NCBI GenBank assembly: GCA_039190745.1
Contig: JBCCXZ010000034.1
Span: 1-41,742, forward strand
Reading direction: 5' to 3'
Source: Planctomycetota bacterium
Lineage (GTDB): Bacteria; Planctomycetota; Planctomycetia; Pirellulales; Lacipirellulaceae
DNA: 41,742 nucleotides
The notes beneath the pieces are model-generated. The model had not been told where the DNA came from, did no database searches, and saw only the letters and a program-made list of their open reading frames with translations. Below, in pieces: positions 26,528 to 35,875 of the stretch (position 1 is its first letter; each line of letters opens with the position of its first letter). The translations under genes were made by a program, and so were the position numbers.

Positions 26528-28891
26528 TTAACGGTTGATCACCTCGATGTTGACGGCCGTGCTCACCCCTTGCGGGACGTTTGCGCTGACCGCTTCGGCG
26601 GTGATGCGGCCGTACCCCGTGCTGAGGGCGTCGATCGGGATCACAAAACGCAGGGGCATTTCGTTGGCACGGATTTCGTTCACCGGGTTGAACCGCACCT
26701 CGTTGCCAACCACCGTCGACCCTACGTCGGCGCTGATCGAGTTCCCGTCGGGCACCAGCTCCGGACTAAAGATCACGCGGAGCTGCACGTTCCGGTCAGA
26801 CACGGCGGCTCGGTTGGTGAGTTGGATGTCCACCGTGGCCCGCGAGCCCTGACGCATCGTTGTGCGGAACGAGTCGATCGAGACCCGGAGCGTCGGCTGC
26901 CCGCCGCCTGCTGGGTTCTGCCCCGGCCCGGCCCCGAGCGCCCGGAGCACCTCGACGCACTGGCGGTCGAGAGTCTCGACGCCGTCGCCGACGGCGCGGA
27001 CGGTAGAGCACGCTTGGGCCGTCGGCGCGCGGCAGAGCGCCTGCACCTCGAAGCGACTCGACTCACCAGGTTCCAACCGCGGGATCGACCATACCAGCCG
27101 GTTGTTCTCCACCCGCGAACCCCGCGTCGTTGGCGTCGCGCTGAGGTACTGGTCGTACTCGTCCACGACCTGCAGGTTGGTGACGGCGGTCGAACCGGTA
27201 TTGCGAACAACCGTGACAAAGAGGACCGAGTCGCCCGCGGTCGCCTGGCGGGGGCCTTGCTTGGTTACCTCGACGCTTGGCCGGTTCTGCGGCAGCGGCG
27301 CGGCGGCCGTCACGCAAGCCCGGTCGTTTGCCTGGGAGCCCTCGACGCAGGAAACCGTCACGTCGTGGCACAACTCGCCCGCACGCAGCACGTCGAACGT
27401 GAGGAACGTCGACCGCGTCTCCCCCGGCCCCAGCGTGCCGGGGAGCTGGTTCTCGATCTCCAGATTGCGGTCCGGGTCGCGGAGGTGGGAGAACCCCGGA
27501 TCAAACCGGTCGCGGATCACAATGCCTGTCGCCTGACCCGTGCCGATGTTGCGGATCACCAGCTCGAAGCGTGCCGTGCCGTCGACTTGGGCGGAGGGGT
27601 CTCCGATGATTTCCAGGTCGAGCCGCGGCCGCTGCGTTCCCGTCGGCGGCGGGGGCGGTTGGTTGAACCCGCCGCTCGGGAATGTCTGAGAGGGCGGCGT
27701 TGTTTGTTGCGGCGGAGTTTGCAGGGGGAAGGTTGAATCGCCCGGGGGCAACGCGGGCGTGGGCCCCGACCCGAACGATGGCTGCGCGTTGCCGACCGGC
27801 GGCACATAGGGCGCCGAGCCGCCGGGCCACGTGACCGTGGTCGACGATTGCGAAACCACAAGCCGCGGCCACTGCGTCCCGCCCAGCCCGGCCGGCCGCA
27901 CCAGCTGCATGTCGATGCGGGTCGAGCCTCCGTCCCCCGGGGCGGGGGTGACGTCGATCGACGCATTGCCTTCGGCGTCGGTGGGGACCTCGACCACCTG
28001 CGTGCCGCCGCCCGACAGACCCGCGTCGCCGCCGATCACTTCGTAGCGCACCAGCCAGCCGGCGACAGGCAAGCCGTCGCTCTGCCGCCGCACCGCAGTC
28101 GTCAGCCGCGTCGACTGCGGCGACGTTGCCGCGACCGTCGCCGTCGGGAAGGTCCACAGCGAATCGACCCAATAAACCGTCGCCCGTGCACGCCGCGTGC
28201 TCCAGGTCTTCACCTCCGGCGAGTAAGCTGTCACGCTGCTGACGCCCTCGACCGGTGAAGTGATGCTCGCCCACGACTCGCCCGGCAGCACTACCACGTC
28301 GTCTTCTTGGTTCGTTGTGCCGCGCGTGAGCACCCGGCGGACCTTCGACGTGTACCCCTTGGCGTAGCGGTTGTCGATCTTGCTCGGCTTGTTGAACGGC
28401 AGCCACGCCGGCTGCAGGTAGCCGCGCCCGCCGAGGGCGACAAACTCGCCGGTCCCTTCGCCAAGGATCCACTCCATGGGCTGCTCTTTGAGCAGGAAGC
28501 CCTCGCTGGCGCAGATGCCGGCCTTGAGCACCACCTCGGCCCCGATCGGCGCAAGGTAGCGATCGGGTGAAATCCGCACGTAGTCCTGCGGGATCGTGCC
28601 GGGGATGGTCGGCCGGCTCGCGGCCTGGCTCTGGAGCGCCGCCTGCGGCGTGGTCGTCGGCAGCGGCTGCTGGGGGAACACCGGGTCGGTCTGCACCGGC
28701 GCCGACAGGGCGTTGTTCTGGAAGGTCACCGGCTGGCCGCCGCCGGGCTCGTCCTTCGGGAAGATCAGCAGACGCTCGCCCGAGGGGTCGATCCGAGGCA
28801 GCCGCAGCCCCGCGCAGCCGCCCCCGCACGCAACGGCGGTAGCCGCAACGAGGGTCAGCAAGAGCCGAACCGTGATCGGGCGGGGGAGCAT
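26528..28891 (-). CDS. Lipoprotein with Ig-like and DUF11 (OmcB-like) repeats
   Basis: Lipobox-like GGGC. DUF11 units ARFELVIRNIGTGQATGIVIRD and VTKQGPRQATAGDSVLFVTVVRNTGSTAVTNLQVVD...LVWSIPRLEPGES. Confidence 0.87.
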   Translation of the reverse strand: MLPRPITVRLLLTLVAATAVACGGGCAGLRLPRIDPSGERLLIFPKDEPGGGQPVTFQNNALSAPVQTDPVFPQQPLPTTTPQAALQSQAASRPTIPGTIPQDYVRISPDRYLAPIGAEVVLKAGICASEGFLLKEQPMEWILGEGTGEFVALGGRGYLQPAWLPFNKPSKIDNRYAKGYTSKVRRVLTRGTTNQEDDVVVLPGESWASITSPVEGVSSVTAYSPEVKTWSTRRARATVYWVDSLWTFPTATVAATSPQSTRLTTAVRRQSDGLPVAGWLVRYEVIGGDAGLSGGGTQVVEVPTDAEGNASIDVTPAPGDGGSTRIDMQLVRPAGLGGTQWPRLVVSQSSTTVTWPGGSAPYVPPVGNAQPSFGSGPTPALPPGDSTFPLQTPPQQTTPPSQTFPSGGFNQPPPPPTGTQRPRLDLEIIGDPSAQVDGTARFELVIRNIGTGQATGIVIRDRFDPGFSHLRDPDRNLEIENQLPGTLGPGETRSTFLTFDVLRAGELCHDVTVSCVEGSQANDRACVTAAAPLPQNRPSVEVTKQGPRQATAGDSVLFVTVVRNTGSTAVTNLQVVDEYDQYLSATPTTRGSRVENNRLVWSIPRLEPGESSRFEVQALCRAPTAQACSTVRAVGDGVETLDRQCVEVLRALGAGPGQNPAGGGQPTLRVSIDSFRTTMRQGSRATVDIQLTNRAAVSDRNVQLRVIFSPELVPDGNSISADVGSTVVGNEVRFNPVNEIRANEMPLRFVIPIDALSTGYGRITAEAVSANVPQGVSTAVNIEVINR

Positions 28892-29263
28892 GGTGGGGAG
28901 CCTGGGGGGCGTCCCGGGTAGTTTGCGGGTCAGGAAACGCCGGTAAAATGTAGCGCCCTCTCAGGCAACCGATGCGGAAAACCAACACGCTGGTGGACTT
29001 TCTGCAACAACCGGCGGCGACCGTATCGGTCGCACCGGTTTTGCGGCAGCGAGTCTCCAACGCATCGCGAAAACCCTTGCCAGGCCTCGATTTCTTGCTC
29101 CATCACAAGCGGCCAACTAAGATCGAGGGATGCTCGCGAGGGTTCGACGCGGGTCCCCCAGAACTACGCACTCTCCACAGCCTGAGCCGTACGGCCAAAC
29201 TGCTCGATCTGCCTAGAACGTCCCATTCCTCCGGGCCGAAGTGCCCGTCACGCTGAGGTTGCC

Positions 29264-30673
29264 ATGTTGTCTGCTTTCTCCAGATCCTGCCTTCCGCTCG
29301 CTGCGGGTTTGCTTGCTCTCGCGGTGACGAACACCGGGTCGCATAAAGCCCATGGCCAAGCGACCACGCCGCCGACCGTCGGAACCGGTCTGACATCCGG
29401 TGTGGCGGTCGACGCGTCGGGCGTCTTGCAGAGGCTCGCCCTGCCGGACCCCACCGGCCAGTTGGCCCGAGAGCGTGCCCAGAACGCGCTGGCGATGCTC
29501 GACGCCGACATCTCTCGGCAGAGCCGCCTCCGCAAGGTCTCGCTCACTCGGCTGAGCCGGCTGATCGACCGCTCGATCGAAGAAGGCCACGGGCCCGACG
29601 ACGCGATGCAGCACCTCGCCGGACTGACCCGCATCCGCTACGTGTTCTTCTACCCCGAAACCGGCGACATCGTCCTCGCGGGGCCGGCCGAGGGTTGGAT
29701 GCCCACCGCCACCGGACGGATGGTCGGCCTCTACACCGGTCAACCGGTCATTGAGCTGCAAGACCTCGCCGTTGCGCTCCGCGCCTTCCCCGCCTCGAAG
29801 CAGAGCGACCCGTTCGTCTACTGCTCGATCGACCCGACCCAAGAGGGCCTGTCACGCATGCAGCAGTTCCTCAGCCGCATCGGTCGCCAGATCGGGCCGA
29901 ACGACACCCAGTTCATTGTGCAGGGCCTGCAAGAGAGCCTGGGGCTGCAGACGGTCTCCGTCGGCGGCATCCCCGCCACGACGCACTTCGCACAGGTGCT
30001 GGTCGAAGCCGACTACCGCATGAAACTGATCGGCATCGGCTTGGAGCAGCCGCCGGTGCGGATGGCGAGCTTCGTCGCGCTCGCCAACCCCGCGACCGTC
30101 GCCCGCAACGCCCTGCAGCGGTGGTACTTCGTTCCTGACTACCAGCGCATCAAGCTCACCGAGAACGCCGACGCCCTGGAGTTTGTCGGCAACGGCGTGA
30201 AACTCGTCGGCGAAGACGAGGTCGTCGGCCGCGACGGAGGCCGGAGCGCCTCGAAGAACGGCCAGAGCCGCGCCAGCCGCAAGTTCACCCGAACGTTCAC
30301 CCAGAAGTACAACCAAATCGCCGACCGAGCGCCGGTCTACGGCCAGCTCCGCAACTGCGTCGACCTGCTCGTCGCCGCCGCGTTCCTGCAGCACTACGAC
30401 CTCTACACCCTCGCCGGCTGGGAGCCCCAGGCCCTGCTCGACGAGTCGGCCTACGCGGTCGAAACGCTCAACGCACCGCGTGAGGTAGCCACGGCCGTCA
30501 ACAGCATGTGGAAGGGCAACCGCCTGATGACCCCCGTCGGCGGAGGCGTGCAGATCCAGGCCGGGCAGGCCCTCGACTCGGAGAACGTTGCCGAGGACGA
30601 CGGCGAGGTCGCCAAGGCCCACGCGGCCGCGGCGATCGCCGACCTCCCCGCCGACCAATGGTGGTGGGACTAG
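29264..30673 (+). CDS. DUF1598-domain secreted protein
   Basis: Signal peptide, GVAVDASGVL, LRKVSL, DIVLAGPAEGW, CSIDP, HFAQVLVEADYRMKLIG, WWWD end. Confidence 0.88.
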   Translation: MLSAFSRSCLPLAAGLLALAVTNTGSHKAHGQATTPPTVGTGLTSGVAVDASGVLQRLALPDPTGQLARERAQNALAMLDADISRQSRLRKVSLTRLSRLIDRSIEEGHGPDDAMQHLAGLTRIRYVFFYPETGDIVLAGPAEGWMPTATGRMVGLYTGQPVIELQDLAVALRAFPASKQSDPFVYCSIDPTQEGLSRMQQFLSRIGRQIGPNDTQFIVQGLQESLGLQTVSVGGIPATTHFAQVLVEADYRMKLIGIGLEQPPVRMASFVALANPATVARNALQRWYFVPDYQRIKLTENADALEFVGNGVKLVGEDEVVGRDGGRSASKNGQSRASRKFTRTFTQKYNQIADRAPVYGQLRNCVDLLVAAAFLQHYDLYTLAGWEPQALLDESAYAVETLNAPREVATAVNSMWKGNRLMTPVGGGVQIQAGQALDSENVAEDDGEVAKAHAAAAIADLPADQWWWD

Positions 30674-30792
30674 AGCGCACAACACCGAAGCGTAGCGGCT
30701 TCTCCGTCGGAACAGTCGACGAACACATCGCCGCCGACGCTATACGTATGTGCGACTCGCACTAGCGGTCGCGGCGAGAGCCCGACGCCCGC

Positions 30793-32154
30793 CTAGTCGG
30801 CTTGCCGATCAGCGGCAAGCACCACCCGCAAGTCGCACACATTCGTGTGCGTAGGGCCGGTCTTCAGCAGCGCCCCAAGCGGCTCGAAGAAGCGGTACGC
30901 ATCGTTCCGCCGCAGGTAGTCGGTCGGCGACAAGTTCGCTGACCGCGCCGCCGCGGCAACGCCTTCGTCCACCCAGGCCCCCGCGGCGTCGGTCGGGCCG
31001 TCTTCGCCGTCGGTTCCGCCCGAGAGCAGGGCGAGCCCCCGCCAATCTGGCTCTGCCTCCAATGCCGCCAGCACCAACTGCTGGTTCCGGCCTCCCTTGC
31101 CGCGCTCCGCGGCGGGGGCCAGCTCCACGGTCGGCTCTCCGCCGGAGATGAAGCAGTCGTTCCGCGCGCCGCCTCGCATCCGCCGGGTGACTTCCACAAG
31201 CGAGCGGGCAACCTCCTCCGCGGGGCCTTCTGACCGGTTTGCTGAGAGCATCGCGTGGTTGTACCCCCGCCGCTCGGCCTCGACCCCGGCGGCGTCGACC
31301 GCGGCCGCGTTGTTGCCGATCACCAGGTTTGTCACCCGAGCGTCTGAAGCATTCGTTTCGGTCGTCCTGCGGCAGGACTCTTCCAGGAGTGCAACCGCGC
31401 GTTGCCCGCTCGGTGACTTGGAAAGACCGAACCGCTGCAGGACCTCGATCGCAAGAGCGGGCGTCGGAGCCCGAGGTACGGTTGGCCCAGAGGCGATCGA
31501 TTCAATCGGGTCGCCCAGGACGTCCGACAAGATCAGCGCCACCACGCGGCCCGCCCCGCACGCCCGCAGCAGCCCGCCCCCTTTCACGACGCTAAGCTCA
31601 CGGCGGACCGCGTTGAGCTCCTCGATCGTGGCCCCGGCGGCGGAGAGCCCGCGGGTGATCTCGACCTTGTCTTCCAGGCTGAGACCGTCGATCGGTGCGG
31701 GCAACAGCGCCGACCCGCCGCCGGAGATCAGGCACAGGCAAAGATCGTGCTTGCCCAGCGAGGCGGCCTCGTCCAACATCGCCCGCGTCCCCGCCACCCC
31801 GTCGGTGGTGGGTTCGTTGACGCCTGCGGGCCGGGCGGCGTGCAGCCTGATCCTCTTCGTAGGAACCACACAGTCGGCCGGCACGTTCACGCAGCCGGAA
31901 ACCGCGTGCTTCGCGAGCACGCCGGGGCCGAGCGCACCTTCTAATGCGGTGACCATGCCGGCTCCTGCCTTCCCCGCGCCGAACACGCCGATCCTGCCGA
32001 TGCCGCCGAGGGCCAACGCTTCGTCGCCCACACGCAAGGCGTCGCCTTCGACGGAGACCCAGTTCGGGATCAGTTCCGAGGGTTGGACGGCCCGCACGCC
32101 CGCTCTCCAGATCGCCTGGGCGTCGTGCCGGAGTTGTTCAACGGACCTTGGCAT
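30793..32154 (-). CDS. Glycerate kinase type 2 (DUF4147 + MOFRL)
   Basis: GAGKA, LISGGGSAL, KGGGL, SDVLGD, IASGPT, GGEPTV, GKGGRNQ, GTDGEDGPTDAAGA, TGPTHTNVCD. Confidence 0.95.
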   Translation of the reverse strand: MPRSVEQLRHDAQAIWRAGVRAVQPSELIPNWVSVEGDALRVGDEALALGGIGRIGVFGAGKAGAGMVTALEGALGPGVLAKHAVSGCVNVPADCVVPTKRIRLHAARPAGVNEPTTDGVAGTRAMLDEAASLGKHDLCLCLISGGGSALLPAPIDGLSLEDKVEITRGLSAAGATIEELNAVRRELSVVKGGGLLRACGAGRVVALILSDVLGDPIESIASGPTVPRAPTPALAIEVLQRFGLSKSPSGQRAVALLEESCRRTTETNASDARVTNLVIGNNAAAVDAAGVEAERRGYNHAMLSANRSEGPAEEVARSLVEVTRRMRGGARNDCFISGGEPTVELAPAAERGKGGRNQQLVLAALEAEPDWRGLALLSGGTDGEDGPTDAAGAWVDEGVAAAARSANLSPTDYLRRNDAYRFFEPLGALLKTGPTHTNVCDLRVVLAADRQAD

Positions 32155-34825
32155 TGCCCGATCTCGGCAGATCGCTGGGGGGACCGGCAGGGAACAGCGG
32201 AGGCCGAGGGCCCCGTGATGCGACCGCGGGGCCCTGCTTGAGGTTGAGACGCCTTACCGCGAAAGAATCAACTTCCGCGACGCCGACCCCCGCCAACGCG
32301 AACGTCACCCGCACCGTACCGTCCACCGGGACCGTCCGCCAGAGCTTGGTCTTCCGCCAGCTCGGCGCACCCTCAATGCGGGTGGCTAGTTCCAGCCCGC
32401 CAATCGAGTCGAACACCAGCAACCCGTCGCCGCCCAAGAGGGGTTCGGGGACACGGACCTCGGCCGAGATTTCAAGTACGTCGCCTGCCGAAACCTCGAT
32501 GGGCGGCGACTCCACCCAGAGCGGCGCAGCGAACACCCTCGGCGCCCGCTCCGCGCCTTGTCCGGGCTTCACCGCCATCCGCAGGCAGTACGAGCCGCTG
32601 TGCGCCGCGGTCGGCGAAAGGCTCACGGCTCCTTCGACCCCGTCCAGGTCCAGGCTTCGGTGGCTCCAGCCCGAGGCGAGCATGCGTTGGAGGTCTTCAA
32701 ACCCGCTGGCCGCGATGTAGCCGGCGCCGGGCGCCTCGCGCTGGATGCGTCCCCGGAGCCAGGCGAGGGTCGGCAGCATCGTGGCAGATTGCTCGAGCCC
32801 CGTCCGGACGCCCGTCACGTCGTCGACGACCAACCTGTAGGAAGCCGCTTCGTAAGCGTCGAGCGACCCGGCCGCGCGAGCGGCCGCTTCGTAGGCCAGC
32901 CCCCAACGCCTTTGGGTGAAGTACTGCCGGGCCGCCGCGTGTTCCGCCGACGCCTGTTGCAGCAGCGGGTGCGGGCCCTCTTGGTCGACCCCGACCGTCC
33001 GGAGCGATTCGTTGACCGCCCGGTCGGCGCCCAGCCGCAGTTCGACCAAGTCTTTCCGGAGCTTGGCCGCCTGCTCGGCCCCGGCGCGGACGGCTCCGGC
33101 CACCTGGGAGAACGCCCGCTTATCGTCGGTCATCAGCAGGACGGCCTCGGGCGGCAGCTGATCGAGCGTGATCCGCAGCCCGCCCGTCACGCGCTTGTGC
33201 CGCAGCCGCGTCACCTGGGCCGGTGTAACCAAGTAGGCGTCTGCCGACTCCGGCACGCCGGGAACGACAAAGGTAACCGGGCCGCCGGGCTGCACGCCGC
33301 CGTCCAGACCCACGCGTTCAGGCCAGTAAACCGGCGCCAGCAGGAACGAACGCTCTGCGCGAAGCACCACGGCGGTCAGCCCGGCCACGTTCGATCGGGC
33401 GGCCGTCATCCGCTTGCCGCCCACGACCCAGGGTTCCATCAACGCCAGCCGCCGGTTGTTCAGTTCGAGCGATAGCCGCCGCTCGAGCGACGAGCCCCCG
33501 CTCTGGGTCAACGGCGCGTGCGACTTGAAGTAGAGCCCGCCCGCGCCCGACGAAAGCGCCGCGGAACTGAGCGACATCAACGTCCGGTACGGCAACGCCA
33601 CGTCAGCTGACAACGGGGCGCCGTACCCGCGCGCTTGTTCCGACAGCCTCTGGGGCGCCTGGGTGGGGATCGCCGCCCATAGCGTTGTGCCCGGGCGAAC
33701 CGCGCGGCCCTGCGACTGGAGCCAGACGCCGGTTTCTCTGAGCGTGAGGTCGCCCGAGGCGGTCGATCGCTCAAGCAGCACCGCCCCAGAGGCCCGGCTC
33801 GAACGGCTAGGGTTCAGCCCCGCCGCCATCAGCGTGCCCCGCCCCTGCGAGCTGTCGTGCCGACGGAGCAGGTCCCGCCGCTGGACCGCCGACCGCAAGT
33901 CGTCTGCCGAGTCGTACCCCCCGAGTTGCCAGCGCAGCACGGGCTCGTATTCAGCCCCGATGCTCGGGGCCGGCTCAGAGACCGGGGGCGGTGGGCAAAC
34001 CAAACGCAGCCCGGCTTCCCGGGCTGCTTGTAGCTCGTGTGGCAGCGGGGGACGAGACATCCCCACGGTGTTGAACCCCAGCTGCTGCAGTGCTCCGAAG
34101 TCTTCGCCTTGCCATTGGATGATCCGCGGGAACTCAACCGACGGAACCTCCGCGGACGGATCTCGGCGCGGGTTTGCCCCCGCATCAGCAGGGCCGCCGG
34201 GAACCGCACCGACCACGGTGATCTGGTCGACCCACAAGCTGGTTGCGTTCTCCCCCGCCGGAGCGATCAGCACCAAACTCGTCGCGTAAGCGCCACGTGC
34301 GTCCAGTCCCTGGTCCGAGCCAGACCTAGCGACCCGGAGCTGTCGATCGAGCGTCGCCGGCAAATTGGAAAACCGAAGTTCTTCCCACTCGCCGCCCCGG
34401 CCCGGTTCTTCGCTCCGGAGCAATAGTTGGTACGGGCGTCCCGTCTGCGGGTCGACCGACCGCGGCAGCGAAACCGAGACCGCTAACTGCACGCCTGCCT
34501 GCGAGCAGAACACGTCTGCCCGAAAACCCAGCTCGCTCAACACCCGGGAAGAGGGCAAAGGGAAGCCCAGGTGGGCCGACCGGCCCGCCGGGGTCCGCAG
34601 CAAGACGTGCTCTGAACCCACGCCCGATCGGTACCGTTCGTGGTCGATCACCTGCCGGACAACTCTGGTGCCGTCACCCGCCGGGAGCAGACGCAGCACG
34701 GGCGCCGAGCCGTCCATAGTGTCCACCAGCGACGGGGCTGCCTGCACCTGCCGAAGCGGTCCGCAGGCGCAACACAGAAACGTGAGCAGCGGCAGCCAAC
34801 GGCGTGGGTCTCGGGGTTGCAGCAT
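32138..34825 (-). CDS. Large secreted hypothetical protein (~895 aa)
   Basis: Long ORF with a signal-peptide-like N-terminus after ATG 34825. Jelly-roll/CBM-like ends (SGFEDL...AAHSGSYCLRM...VDSFAV) are inferred. Confidence 0.8.
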   Translation of the reverse strand: MLQPRDPRRWLPLLTFLCCACGPLRQVQAAPSLVDTMDGSAPVLRLLPAGDGTRVVRQVIDHERYRSGVGSEHVLLRTPAGRSAHLGFPLPSSRVLSELGFRADVFCSQAGVQLAVSVSLPRSVDPQTGRPYQLLLRSEEPGRGGEWEELRFSNLPATLDRQLRVARSGSDQGLDARGAYATSLVLIAPAGENATSLWVDQITVVGAVPGGPADAGANPRRDPSAEVPSVEFPRIIQWQGEDFGALQQLGFNTVGMSRPPLPHELQAAREAGLRLVCPPPPVSEPAPSIGAEYEPVLRWQLGGYDSADDLRSAVQRRDLLRRHDSSQGRGTLMAAGLNPSRSSRASGAVLLERSTASGDLTLRETGVWLQSQGRAVRPGTTLWAAIPTQAPQRLSEQARGYGAPLSADVALPYRTLMSLSSAALSSGAGGLYFKSHAPLTQSGGSSLERRLSLELNNRRLALMEPWVVGGKRMTAARSNVAGLTAVVLRAERSFLLAPVYWPERVGLDGGVQPGGPVTFVVPGVPESADAYLVTPAQVTRLRHKRVTGGLRITLDQLPPEAVLLMTDDKRAFSQVAGAVRAGAEQAAKLRKDLVELRLGADRAVNESLRTVGVDQEGPHPLLQQASAEHAAARQYFTQRRWGLAYEAAARAAGSLDAYEAASYRLVVDDVTGVRTGLEQSATMLPTLAWLRGRIQREAPGAGYIAASGFEDLQRMLASGWSHRSLDLDGVEGAVSLSPTAAHSGSYCLRMAVKPGQGAERAPRVFAAPLWVESPPIEVSAGDVLEISAEVRVPEPLLGGDGLLVFDSIGGLELATRIEGAPSWRKTKLWRTVPVDGTVRVTFALAGVGVAEVDSFAVRRLNLKQGPAVASRGPRPPLFPAGPPSDLPRSGNAKVR

Positions 34826-35228
34826 GACCGTTCTTGAGGGCTGAGGTCGGCCGGAATGCCGGCGAACTTGTCGCCCAACCCGGAGGACTACCGTATAAAG
34901 GGTGCGTGGGGACGAGGTTCGTGCCCGACCCACAACCCTGGCGGGCCGATCGCCCCGCGGGCCTGCGTGGCCGCCCGCCTGACAAGCGTCTCAGCGTCGA
35001 AGCAATCGAGCACGGGGCGGTAGGTTACGGGGCGATAGGGTCCTGGAGATTGGGTACGGGCCGTAGGGAACGGCTTGTTGCGTTCGAGCCTCGTCTTTCA
35101 CGGCGGCTCCCCAGAGAGCTAAGTCGTGCTTCTAGCAGGATTTCCGACTCGCTCCCAGGTCAGCCGTGGCGATCTTGCAACCCGGAGGGCTGCAGGCCCT
35201 TCGAGGTGGCCGCCGCTGTCGATTTTCG

Positions 35229-35297
35229 TAAGTCGTTGTTAGGAAAAGGTTTTCGTTTGGGGCACCGCGTCCGGACCGAGTTCGGCACACCCAGTGC
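35229..35297 (+). promoter_or_regulatory. sigma54 promoter with upstream IHF-like site
   Basis: CGGCACACCCAGTGC (35283-35297; GG-N10-GC). Minus-strand TAACAACGACTTA (35229-35241) is one mismatch from WATCAA-N4-TTR. Confidence 0.6.
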
Positions 35298-35342
35298 TTT
35301 TCTGGGCTCCCACTGAACTCGTCCGACACCCGGAGATGCAAC

Positions 35343-35627
35343 ATGAGCAAGCTTCCCGAACGCGTCGCCACCCAAGAGCAGATCCCCGCCGACCTCCAGA
35401 AGCTGGCGGACGCCCTGGGCAGCCTTCCCCCCGAATACTCCGCCGAAGTGGCTCCGTTGTTCGACGCGGTTGTCGAGAGCACCAAACGCCGCCGCCGCAT
35501 CCTCACGCTCGTGCAGGACGCCCTCAGCCAGCTCCGTCTCGACATGAAGTACCTGATGTTCGACCTGGAAGCGACCCGCCGGGAACGCGACGACTACAAG
35601 CTCCAACTCGAAGAGCAAGACAGTTAG
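35343..35627 (+). CDS. Small helical/coiled-coil hypothetical protein
   Basis: RRRRILTLVQDALSQLRLDMKYLMFDLEATRRERD, GGAGA RBS and strong GC3 codon bias. Confidence 0.88.
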   Translation: MSKLPERVATQEQIPADLQKLADALGSLPPEYSAEVAPLFDAVVESTKRRRRILTLVQDALSQLRLDMKYLMFDLEATRRERDDYKLQLEEQDS

Positions 35628-35875
35628 CCAAACGAGATTCGGTCTCAGTTTTGCGCTCGGTCGACGCCAACTGGGCGTCGACCGCTCCAAGAGTCAAGAA
35701 TCCTGACTCAGGGTGTGCTGATCGGCTATGATATGGGCTTGCCGCGAGCCCCCCGCCCGCGGCAAGTAGTCGTGCATCGACGCAACGCAAGCGGGCCAGC
35801 CCCGCCGCCCGCCCGCCTGAGGCAGCGGGATGGACGCTGACAGGGAAGCAAACTCGGGACAGACTCTTCCAAGCC

